This document shows positions 9,526 to 21,500 of a stretch of 61,672 bases of DNA, in pieces. The stretch is taken from the IMG/VR virus record IMGVR_UViG_3300016667_000429, positions 1-61,672 of that record. One strand, given 5' to 3'. Both the position numbers and the translations under genes were made by a program. Numbering within the stretch: the first letter of the stretch is position 1; each line of letters starts with the position of its first letter. Below the pieces are notes generated by a model, which was not told the DNA's origin, made no database searches, and worked only from the letters and a program-made list of their open reading frames with translations. The stretch is from a virus.

Positions 9526-12500
9526 ATGAACAAAGAGAACCAGATCGGTCTTGACACCCTAAACTCAAATCCTTCTGGCCTCACCGAAGTTTCATGGAGC
9601 GCCCAATTCCAGCCTCAAGAGCCGCTCCCGCTCAAAGAATCCACCAACCCCGCCGCCGCAGGCCAGCCGCCTCAGAAACAGGGCGCGGGCATCTCCAACG
9701 ACAAGCTCGACGCCATCGCCCAGCGCGAGGGGCTGACGCCAGCGCAGGCGCGCATCTGGAAGGAAGGCATCCTCGCCCAAGAGTCGGGCAAGGGTTCCAA
9801 TTCCAAGACCAGCGTAGACGGCGCGCGCGGCCCCGGCCAAGTCATTCCCAGCACGTTTGCCGGCTACGCCAAGCCGGGGGAGCGCGTCGATAACGAGGAA
9901 CACAACCTCGCCGTGTCGGCGCGCATCGTCAAGGATCTGGCGACCAAGTTCAACGACGACCCGGCGCGCGTGGCCGTCGGCTACTTCTCCGGCGAGGGCA
10001 ACGTCAGCAAGAACGGCGGGCAGGCGTGGAAGAACGACGCCGCCGACGGCAACGGCAAGCGAGTTTCGAGCTACGCTTCCGACGTTCTGCGCCGGCTGGA
10101 AAGCGCGCCGCAGGCCAACGGCTCGCCCGCGCCCGCACCGGACACCAGCAAGATCCCGCGCTGGAACGACATCGTAGCCAAGCCGGAATACGCCAAGCTC
10201 TCGCCGGAAGATCAGCAAGCGGCCAAGGAGCTGTACTTCGACCATTACATCGCCCCGGTCGCGGGGGAGGACGCAGAAAGCCTGCGCGCGGAGTTCATGG
10301 CCAAGAAGGCCAGCGCGCCCGCTCCGAAGCAAGAGCCGGGGTTGCTCGACAAGGCGGGTCAGGTTGTCTCGGACATTTACTCGCAAGCGAAGAAAGAGCT
10401 GTTCCCCAAATCGGTTATGGAAGGCGCGCCGGCACAGCCGACGCCGACCGACGCCTCCTTTGCGCCGGCCAAGCCGGAGGTGCGCCGCGCCGTCGAGGCG
10501 CAGTGGGATGCCGCATCGCCCGCGCAGCGCGCCAAGATGGAGGCCGATCCGAGCTGGGTGGGCGACATCGCCCGCGCGCGCGCGGGTGCTTTTGGCCGTC
10601 AGGACAAGGCGCTGCCAAACAGCCCGACCCTACAAAGCGTCGATCCGCGCGTCGAGGCGCGCCGCGCCGAGCTGATCCGCAAAGGAGAAGATCCACGCTT
10701 TGCCGACACTGCCGCGCAGGAAGGTGCGCGCAAAGCTGCGGTGCCGGGGCAGGAAATTGCCGCGCTCGATGGCGTGGCGCAGAAGTCGGACTTTGACTTC
10801 GATACGCAAGCCGCGTTTTCTGGCGACAACAAGCTGCTGAACAACCCGATCACGCGCGCCGGAGCCAAGGGTGCGCTGGGCATTGCCAAGTTTGGGGCGG
10901 GCTACGGCCAGTTCATGTCCGACCTGTACGGGCTGGACGGCTCTGCCGGCGTGATGAAAGACGCTGGCGATTGGGTTCGCGGCAAGGAAGCGGCCATTGG
11001 CGAACGCGGCACGATGCTGGAGCGCAATCTGGAAGGTGCGCTGAGTTCGATCACGCAACAGCTTCCGCTGATGTTGGTGGGCGTCAAGACAGCCAGCGAA
11101 GCAATCCCGTTGGTCGGCATCGGGATGCAGACGTTCGGACAGGAGTACAGCGACGGTCGCGCCAAAGGGCAATCGATGGGCGAGGCGGCGACGCGCGCCG
11201 GCCTGTTCGCTGCATTTGAAATCGTGGGTGAGAAATTCTCAATCGGCGCAAACCTGAAGGCGCTGAAGGCGATCTTCGACAAGACGCCGACCGATCAGCT
11301 TGCCGGTCTGATGTGGAACGTCATCAAAAAAGAAGTTCCGAGCGAGATGCTGACCACCACCGGCCAGTTCGCCACAGACAAGCTGGGCGGCGGCGTCGGC
11401 CTGAACCCGAACGCCGGTACGCAAGAATTCATTGCGCAGATGGGCGACACGATCGTTCAGACGATCATGCAGTCGGTCATCATGGGTGGCGCACCGGGCG
11501 CGGTGAAAGGCACGCGAGACTTCCTGACCGACAAGGGCGACGAGTCGGCCAACATGGTCGAGATCCGCGCCAACTCCGCGCAAGAGCAGGCGCTGGCCAA
11601 ATGGGAGCAGTTCCGGCAGTCCACGCGCCCGCAGAACGCCGGTCGCCCGGAGCCGACCATGGGCGCGGAGACACCCGTCACCGTTACCGGCGACGGCAGG
11701 ATCGAGCCGACGATGGCCGACGATCCTATCGGGGCGATCGCTCTTACCGGGCAACAGCCGGCCACAGCCACGCCCACGCCGGAGCCGCAGGCCAACGCGA
11801 TCAGCCCGATCGTGGCCGATGCCGACCAGATTGTTTCCGAGCTGGCGACGCAGGCTGGCATCCCGCAGGACACGGTGCTGCCGACTCCCACGGCATCCAC
11901 GCCTACCGTCGCCGCGCCATCACCGACTACCGGCGCGGTAGAGCCGCAGACCGACAACGATGTGTCGGATCTGGCCGAGGTGCGGCTGGATCAGTTGCGT
12001 GCCAAGCGCGACGGCGGTTCGACCATGGTCATGACGGAGGACGGCCCGCAACAGGTCGATCAGCCGCCGATGGCGCTTACGCCGCAAGAAGCGCAGGAGC
12101 TGGCCACACTTGAATCTGGTGACATCAACGCGATCCGCACGTTGTATGGAGCCAACAACCCTGTGGCGCAAGCCACGCTCGAACCCGGCCTCGTAGCCGC
12201 ACAGGAGAACCCCAATGAAAGCGTACAAGCACAAGCCCCAGCCCAAGTCGATGGGACTGCACCTGGCATCGCCCCGCAAAATGCCGTCGGAAATGATGGG
12301 CAGTCAGGCGGGACAGCCGCCGTCCAAGAACCCGCAGCCGACGCCGCAAGCGCCCAAGTCGGTGCCGAAGGTGGCCAACGACAGCAAGGGCTATCAGCCG
12401 AAGATGCGCTAGAGCGCGAGGCGATCCAATCCGAGGCTGATTTCAAGCCGACGGATGTACCCGACATCGACGTTCCTTTTGACCCGATACCGACCAATGG

Positions 12501-15500
12501 CACTCAAACCCCTCAAGCCCAGCAAGCAGAAGCGCAAGGATCGGAAGCACCCGCAGCCAAGCGACAAGTAAGTGAAAAGACGGGCAACGTCAGAACGTCG
12601 TATGACGTTTGGGACGATGAAGGCAACAAGGGAACGATCAACATCATTCGCAAACCGGATGGTGAGGTATTTCGCATCTTTCAGGAATGGACGAACAAGG
12701 ATGGCAAGACAGCCCGTTTTGAGATGTCCACCGGATATGGCAAAGGGGCGGCCGACGATTACATTGTCAAAGCGATTGCAGAGCCAAGCGACTTGTCGCT
12801 AACCAAACCTGAGACAGTAACAGCACCACCCAAGACCGAGAAGGAAGCCAAACAGCGTAAACAGCAGCCGACGCAAGCCGCGCCGGATCTCGACGCCATG
12901 TTCGATGAGGTGCTGGCCGAGGAAACGGGTGGCAAGGAACAAGAGCAATCGCCGCTTTTGCGCGCGCGCAATGACCTGATCGATCTTCGCTCTCAAGTTG
13001 AAGCGCAAGGCAATGTTGTCGATGATCGATTGTTGGAGCGAGTGCGCCGGCAAGAACGTCTGGTCAAAGAGCTTCAGGGAGAGACTGCGCCCAAGACCGA
13101 GCGCCAAGCCAAAGAGCAGCGCACGGCCGGCGAGGCGGCAGCTTCGGCCGCCAAGAACACCGTCGAGGGATTCAACAATGCGATCGACGGGCTGGGCAAG
13201 CTGTTCGGCGGTGGCCCCGGTACGCTGGGCAGCGGCCCCGTGTTCAACGAGGAAACCTACCGCAAGGCCAAGCCGCTGTTCCAAGCCGCTGTTGCAAATT
13301 TCCAACAGGCCGGCGCAGACATTCGTGAGGTGATGCGCGCGGTCGTGCAAGCCTTGCTGGCCAAGTTCGGCAAGCAGGCCGTCGAAAACATGAAGCCGTA
13401 TGTCGTTCGGTTCATTTCGGAGTACCAGCAGGGCGACAAAACCGAGGCGGTATCAACCGCGACCGACCTGTACACGCCGGAAGGAAAGATGAAGGTCGCG
13501 CAGACGCTGGCCGACGAGTTCATCGGCGGCGCGAGCTTCAAGACCATCATCGAAGCGCGCAAGCGCATCAGCGATCTGATCGGCAAGCCCATTGAGGCGG
13601 CGACCGAGCTGGCCAAGCAGGCCGACGAAACGATCGAGGTGGCCGTCGTGCTGGCTGGCCGCGAGATCGTCAAGGCGGGGCGCGCGCAAGGCCGCAGCCC
13701 CCAGGTTATCTATGAACGGCTGGTGGATCTGTACAACCGCCAACCGAATCTGGCCGTGCGCTCGTCAACCAGCGTGCGCGATCAGGCGTACTCGACGCCG
13801 GTTCCGCTGGCGTATCTGGCCTCGGAGCTGGCCGGCATCACCTATGACAGCAAGGTGCTGGAGCCGACGGCGGGCAACGGAATGCTGCTGGTGGGCGCAG
13901 CCACCGAGAATTCCACGGCCAACGAGCTGAACCCGAAGCGTGCGTCCATGCTTCAGGCCATGGGCTTCGATGCGCTGACCGAGAACGCGGCAACCGAGGA
14001 TCTGGCCGATCCCAACAGCCAAGACGCGGTGATTGCCAACCCGCCGTTCGGCGCAACCAAGAACGCCAAAGGCGAAACCATCGTCTATGAGGTCAGGCCG
14101 GACTACGGCACGCGCGAGGTCGATCACGCGATCGCCTTCAACGCGCTGACCACCATGAAGGACGATGGCCGCGCCGCGCTGATCGTTGGTGGTACACAAT
14201 CAACGGAAGAAGAAGCCCGCCGCGAGGATTACCGTGGCAAGGGCAAACGGACGTTCTACTTCAACCTATATAACGAATACAATGTCGTTGACCACTTCAC
14301 TGTGGACGGCTCGCTTTACTCCAAGCAGGGCGCGAGCTACCCGGTGGATGTCATTGTCATTGAGGGTCGTGGGAAGTCTGCGCGGAATCTGCCGGCTGCT
14401 GACTTGCCGCAGATCATTGGTTCCTACGACGAACTCAAGGAGAAATTGAATGGCACTCGTAGCGTGGAGTCCCAAGGGGTACGCAGCACCGATCGAGCTG
14501 CTGGCGGTCAAGATCAAGCCGGGGCAGGTAACGGAACGGCAGTGGATCGAGGCACTGGCCGACCGAGTGACGCAACTGGCGATCGAGGCGGGCGAGGAAA
14601 CGACGCTGCAAGCGTGCCGAGATCTCGAACTGCCGGAGACAGACAACCCGCAGGAAGCGGGACAGTTTCTGGTGATGGGCAATCTCAATCTCAGGACACA
14701 TCTGGATCTCGCAGTGATCGACAAGCCGCCGTTCCCGGCGAAGGTCGGGGAACGCAACCCGGAAGCACAGCAAGCGATCGAGGAAACCGACCTGTCGAGG
14801 TGGGTGGAGAGCGCGTTGTCGCTGGTGAGCGCGTCGGATCTGGACTGACCGACCGGCGCGGCGAAGAAACCGAAACCGAGAACCAAGTAGCCTACGAGCC
14901 GCGCTCGAACGCGGCGTCTGTCGGCACGCTCGTCCCCCGCGCAATGCGGGATTCGATCCAGAACTCGATCGCCAAGATCGAGGATCAGTTCGGCAACATT
15001 GACGAGTTCGTAGCCGAGAAGCTGGAGATGGACGTTGAAACCCTCCGCGAAAATTTCTCTGCGGAGCAGGTTGACGCGCTGGCGCTGGCTATCAAGAACG
15101 CCGAGGAGGGACGCGGCTTCATCATTGGCGACCAGACCGGCATCGGCAAAGGCCGCGTGGTGGCCGCGATGATTCGCTACGCGCTGGTCAACGGCAAGGT
15201 GCCGATCTTCGTCACGGAAAAGCCAAACCTGTATTCGGACATGATCCGAGATCTGGACGACATCGGCATGACCGCCGAGTTGGCGCTCGACACCAACAAG
15301 CCACGCATCTTCATCACGAACGCCAGCGAGTCGATCCCGTACACACTGTTGCGTGAAAGCAACGGCGAGATTACGGAAACGAACCTGACGTTGCGCGCGC
15401 CTGCTTCCGGCAAAGCACTGGAACAACAGTTCCAGATGCACATGAACGCCAATGATCTTGGCCATTACAAGGTCATTTTCACGACGTACAGCCAGCTCCA

Positions 15501-18500
15501 GACGGTCAAAGGCAAGCAGACCACCCGCATGAACTTCGTCAAACAGTTCGGCGCGGGCAACTACATGATCTTCGATGAGTCGCACAACGCGGGCGGCGCG
15601 GGTGAGACTCAGGCGCGCAGCAAGGAGCAGCGCGACGCGGCCAAGGCTGGCGAAAGCCTCGTCACCGGGCGCGCGGCCTTCGTGCGCCAACTGGTCAACG
15701 CTGCCTTTGGCACGTTCTTCAGCTCAGCCACCTACGCCAAGCGACCGGATGTGATGGATCTGTACTCGTCCACGAACATGAAGCTGGCCGTGGATCGAAT
15801 CAGCCAGTTGGGCGAGGCCATCAAGAATGGCGGCGTGCCAATGCAACAGGTCGTCGCCAACATGCTGACGATCGACGGCCAGTACATCCGGCGCGAGCGC
15901 ACGTTCGCAGGCGTTTCCTACGATACCGTGGAAACGAAGGTGGACAAGGAAACCGCAGAAAACATGGCGTCGGCCATGCGGGCGGTGCTGGCGTTCTCGC
16001 GCGCCAAAGAAGCGGTCATCAAGAACATCCAGAAGGAGATGGACAAGGAAGGCACGCTCATCAAGCAGATGGGCGGCGAGTCCTCGACCATTCAGGGTGC
16101 GAACTTTGGCGCGATCATGCACAACCTGATCGACCAGATGCTGCTGTCGCTGAAGGTACAGGACTCCATCAACCACGCGCTTGAGCGCCTGAAGGCAGGC
16201 GAAAAGGTGGTGATGACGGTATCGAACACCATGGGTTCATTCCTCAAGGACTACGCCGAGGAAATGGGTCTGAACATGGGCGATCCGGTCGCGCTGTCGT
16301 TCAAGGATCTGTACGACCGCTACCTTGAGAAGCAGCGCATCGTGACGATCAAGGACGGCGCAGGACGCAAGACCCAGCGCCGACTGACCGACGCCGAGCT
16401 GGGGGCAACGCTGGTGGCTCAGTTCGAGGCGGTGCGCAAGCAGATTGCGGAGTCCGGCTTCGGTTCCGCGCCGATCTCGCCCATCGACTTTTTGCACAAC
16501 GAGCTGCGCAAGGCGGGCTACAAGACCGACGAGATCACCGGGCGCACGGTCACGCTGAACTATCAGAGCGGCACGCCCATCCTGACCAGCCGCAGCGCGA
16601 ACATCCGTCAGCGGGTCAACGCGGTGCGCGGGTTCAACAACGGCGACGTTGACGTAATCATCCTGAACCAAGCTGGCTCGACCGGCCTTTCGCTGCACGC
16701 TGCCTCGAAGTTCAAGGATAAGCGAAAGCGGCACATGATTATTGTGCAGGCCGAGAAGAACATCGACACGCACATGCAGATGCTAGGTCGCGTGCATCGT
16801 ACCGGCCAAGTCATCCCGCCGGCCTACTCGCAGATGATGGCCGACATCCCGGCTGAGATGCGCCCGGCTGCGGTGCTGATGAAGAAGATGGCCAGCCTGA
16901 ACGCAAACACCACGGCCAGCCGCAAGTCGTCGGTGACTGCCGAGGGTGTCGTTGACTTCGTGAACGACTACGGCGGTCAGGTGGCGCAGGAGTTTTTGCG
17001 CGACAACCCGGATGTTGTCGAGGCGATCGGCGGCAGCAAGGTGGTGCCGATCCTCGATGACCCATCCGAGGCGTCCGAGGACGACATTCGCAAGCTAACC
17101 GGCTACATCCCGATCCTGCCGATCAAGCAGCAGGAGCAGATTTATAAGGATCTGATCGACCGCTACAACGAGCTGATCGAGCGCGAGAACACGCTCGGCA
17201 CGAACAAGCTGGAAGCCAAGGCGGTTGATCTTGATGCGCAAATCCTGTCCACGGTTCAGATCACCGAGGACAAGGGCGATCCATCCATCTTTGCCCAGCC
17301 GGCCAGCATGGAGCAGGTTGACGTTAAGCGCAATGTGAAGCCGTACACCAGCGCAGAAGTCAACGAGATCGTCAACGAACGCCTGGGCGATAAGACGGCG
17401 GGTGCCGTTGCGAACGATTTCATCAAGATGGTGACTGAGCTTACGCACCAGTTTGAGCGCGAAAAGATTGATGCCGAGAAGAAGAAGGAAGGTGTCGATC
17501 CGGTTAAGATCGAGTCGCAGCGCGCGATCATCAACATGACGCTCGGCCACGTTCGCGCCGTCCTTCAGAACTACCAGATCGGTAACTCCATCTCGATCAA
17601 GGACAAGAACGGCTTCATCATCTACGGCGTCATCACCGACATTCAGAACAAAGGCCGCACGCAAAACCCGGCAGCGGGTTCGGCGTGGAAGATGACGATC
17701 GCGCTGGCCAACGGCGATGCCAAGAGCCTGACGATCAACTTCGGCCAGATCGGAAATCGCTACGAGCTGTCGCGGGAAACGCGCGTCAACTGGTACAACG
17801 CGGAAACGCAGAGTGCCGAGATGATGAACATCACGGACATCTTCGACAAAGGTTCGACGGTGCGCCGCGAGAAGCGTTGGATGGTGACGGGCAACATCCT
17901 CGCTGGCTTTGCTAAGTACCCCGGCCAGATCATTCAGTACACCAAGAAAGACGGCACGACCGGACAGGGCGTGCTGATGAACCGTCAGTTTGATTTTGCC
18001 AAAGAGCAGAAGAACCAGCCGGTCACGCTGAAGTCCGGCGCGCAAGTCATGCAGTTCATCAAGGCGGTTGGCGATGGCGCGATGGTTGGTACGCCGGATG
18101 GTAATTTCCGTATGAGCTTGCGCAACGGCAAATTTGTATTCGTAGTGCCAAAGAGCAAGAGACAGGGCGGCAAATACCATCAGGACAAAGGACTCACCCA
18201 ACACACCGGCGAATTTTACAGTCGCGGTGAGCAGATGGTGGCCAACACCTATGACGCCGCCGACGCCACAGCCGCGCTGGACTACATCATCAACGAGATT
18301 GAGGAATCGATTCAGGCGTTGAACAACGCCGACAAGGCGCGCGAGATGTTTGCGCCGAAGCCGAAGGAGGGCGGCGTCGAGCTGAACGACATACCCAGCA
18401 ACCTCGCTGAAAACGGGCTGTTCACCAATCTTCCGGAGCCTGAGCGCGTTAACGCAATGGCGCGATTGAAGTCGCTGGAGCGTCGTGCGCAAGCTGGCAA

Positions 18501-21500
18501 GATCACCGACGCCGAGTTCCGGCTGGGAGTGGCACAAGTCGTTGCCGACATGCAACGCAAGGCCAATGCGAGATCGGAGCCAAAAGATCTGGTGCGTGGC
18601 CCCGATTGGGTCAGGGAGCGGCTGCTGCGCGCTCGTCGCACCAATGAACTGCCGGCCAATGTGGTCGATTTCGCGCTGTGGCTGCTGGACAAGAATCCGG
18701 CGCTGGCAACCGATCTCGCCATCAGCTTGCAGAAAGGCGGTGACAACTCGCCGTCCGGTTCATACAAGTCGCTGGCGCGGCTGGTCACGTTGTTCAAGAA
18801 CAACGTCAACTCCGGCACCGCCGTCCACGAGATCCTGCACCACGCCGAGCGCATGATGTCGGGCGAAGTGCATAAGGGCGTGATCCGCGAATGGCAGCGG
18901 GCTTGGGACGCTGCGTACCGCAAAGGTGACGCCAAGACCAAAGAGGCGCTGGTCAAGCTGCTACAAGGCGGGCTGGGCAACAAGGCAGCGTTTGCCGATG
19001 CGATACAAGCCTTCAAGGACGGCACGCTGAATTACGAGGAACACTACCAGCTTACGAATCCTTCTGAGTATTGGGCAGTCAACGCCACGCGCATCCTGTC
19101 GCAGCGGTACGGCGCGAACACTTGGCAGGAGAAGGCGCGTCAATTCCTGCGCGAGATGATCGAGTACATGAAAGGTGCGTTGGGTTTCCGCTCCGACACG
19201 CAGATCATGAAAGGGCTGCGTCAGGTCATCAAAGGCGACGGCTCGATGGTGTCGAGCAAGATGCTGGTCGAGCAGGTAGCGAACAATGACATCAAGGCCG
19301 ACCCGAACAAGCTGCCACCGACCGAGTTCATGGACATTCGATCCAGCGTGCAGGCCGCGCTGTTCAAGAACCCAAAGACGCTGCGCACGTTCGGCTGGTA
19401 CGACAGGAGCATTTCGACTCAGCTCAATAAGGCGCTCAAAGACGCTGACTTTGCCAAGGTGTTCGGCTACGTCAACGCCATCCAGAACGAGGTGTCGCTG
19501 ACCTCCCTGCGCGCCGCCGAGCTGGCTCCGGGCTACCTGCCGCGCATTACCGATGTGAAGGCGGCGGCAAAAACGATGGTCATGGGGCGCAAATCCGGCT
19601 CCGCGCAAGCCAAGGCTTCGCAGGCGATCTTCTCCGGCACGCTGGCCGGCGATACGGTCATGGAGGGCAAGGTCTGGACGGAAGAAGAACTGCGCAACAA
19701 CTTCGGTCTGGACGATACCGGCGTGGCGCTGTACTTCCAAGCGCGCGCCGCGATCGATGCCAGCCTGGACGAAGTGGCCGCAGCGGAAGCCTACGCCATG
19801 GCGCAAGGCTTCATTCCAAAAGCAATGCGCCGCGCCATCATCGACAGCCCGCAACGCGCCGAGGCACTCATTTCGGCTTCCCTTGAGCAGCAGATCAAGA
19901 AGCTACAGCGCGCTATCAAGGCCGCAAACGACATGGGCAACGAGGCGCAAGCCAAGTCGCTGGAGGATGTCATCAACGGCTATTTTTCGACGGCCAAGCA
20001 GATCGAGAAAATCTTCACGACCTCACGCAACTTGAAGGCGGCTGGATACGCACCGCTGATGCGCTTCGGCAAGTACACGGTGACGGCTCAAGCCATCGAT
20101 GCGGCAACTGGCAACCTGATCCGCGACGAAGAGGGCAACTCAATCACGATGTTCTTCGGCAAGTACGAAACCGAAGGCGAAGCGCAAAACGTCCTGCAAT
20201 CCATGCAAGCACAGTACGCAGGGCGCGACGATGTGAAGATCAGCGCGGGCGTGAGCAGCGAAGCCGGCTACGAGCTGTACTCCGGTATCAGCCCAGAAAC
20301 GCTGGCGCTGTTTGCCGAGGCGCTGGGCGCAGACAAGGTGATGAAGAAGTACATTCAGGAAGCCCTGTCTGAGCGGTCGGCATTGAAGCGCCGGCTGGAG
20401 CGCAAAGGGGTCGAGGGCTACACGCAAGATATGCCCCGCGTGCTGGCGAACTTCATTACCAGCAATGCGCGTCACGCATCGAAGCAGTATTACATGCGCG
20501 ACCTCAACAACGCGATCAAGTACATCCCGAAAGAGAAGGGTGATGTAAAGGACGAGGCGATCGCGCTCAAGGAGTTCGTCCTGAACGCGAAAGACCCCGG
20601 CTCGGCATTGTCGGCCATCACGTTCGGCTGGTTCTTGGGCGGGTCGGTGTCGTCGGCTTTGGTCAACATGACCCAGCCGATCATGATGACCGGCCCGTAC
20701 CTGTCGCAGTTTGGCGTGCGCGACGCCACGACCGCCATGGCCAAGGCCATGCCGATCGCGCTGGGCAGAAAGCAGATCACCGATGCGGAACTCCGCAATG
20801 CCTTGAAGCGCGCATCGCAGGAAGGCATCGTGGACGCGCAGGAGATCTTCCACCTGTACAGCCAAGGCGCGCAGAACACGGCGGCATGGCTGGCCAGCAC
20901 ATTGGCCAAAGTGCCGGGGGCAGGCGCGAAGGTCAAAGCCGGTAGCGAAAGCGTTCGGGCGCGCGCATCGGCGTTCGGCGTGCTGTGGGGTTCGATGTTT
21001 GCCGCTGTGGAGGGCTTCAACCGTCGCCTGACGTTCGTGGCGGCGTGGGAAGTGGCCAAAGCGACGGGCGTCAAGAACCCGTATGCGTTCGCCGTGCGCG
21101 CTGTCAACGAAACTCAGGGCATCTTCAACAAGGCCAACCGCCCGAATTGGGCGCGCGGCGGTCTTGGCCGAATGGTATTCACTTTCAAGCAGTACAGCAT
21201 CATGTACGTCGAGCTGGTCAAGCGCATGGCTACAAAAGGTGGCCCCGAAGGCAAGCGGGCTGCGCTCATCATGCTGGCCACGCTGCTGCTGCTGTCGGGC
21301 GAGGAAGGTCTGCCGTTTTCGCAGGATCTTGCCGACATCATTGACACGATCGGCCAGTTCCTCGGCTACGACACCAACATGCTGCGCAGCAAGCGCGAGC
21401 TGGCGCACAAGATCTTGGGCGAGCAGCTTGGCGACTTCGCTTTGTATGGCCTGTCATCCTTCCTGCCGGTGGACTTCCAAGGCCGGCTTGGCTTGGGCAA

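Noticed and set aside
9594-13930. Many plus-strand alternative-frame ORFs inside the giant gene (e.g. 10026..10796, 11313..12113, 13592..13930)
   Set aside because: They are Arg/Pro/Ser/Cys-rich, lack an SD, and have third positions that do not follow genome codon bias. They differ in kind from the 14450..14848 ORF, which I kept.
14266-21408. Long minus-strand ORFs inside the giant gene (14266..15690, 17095..18555, 18961..19854, 20140..21408)
   Set aside because: They are antisense shadows of the 12.6-kb gene. They are Arg/His/Leu-rich and low in complexity, with no SD-ATG contexts noticed and no recognisable motifs.
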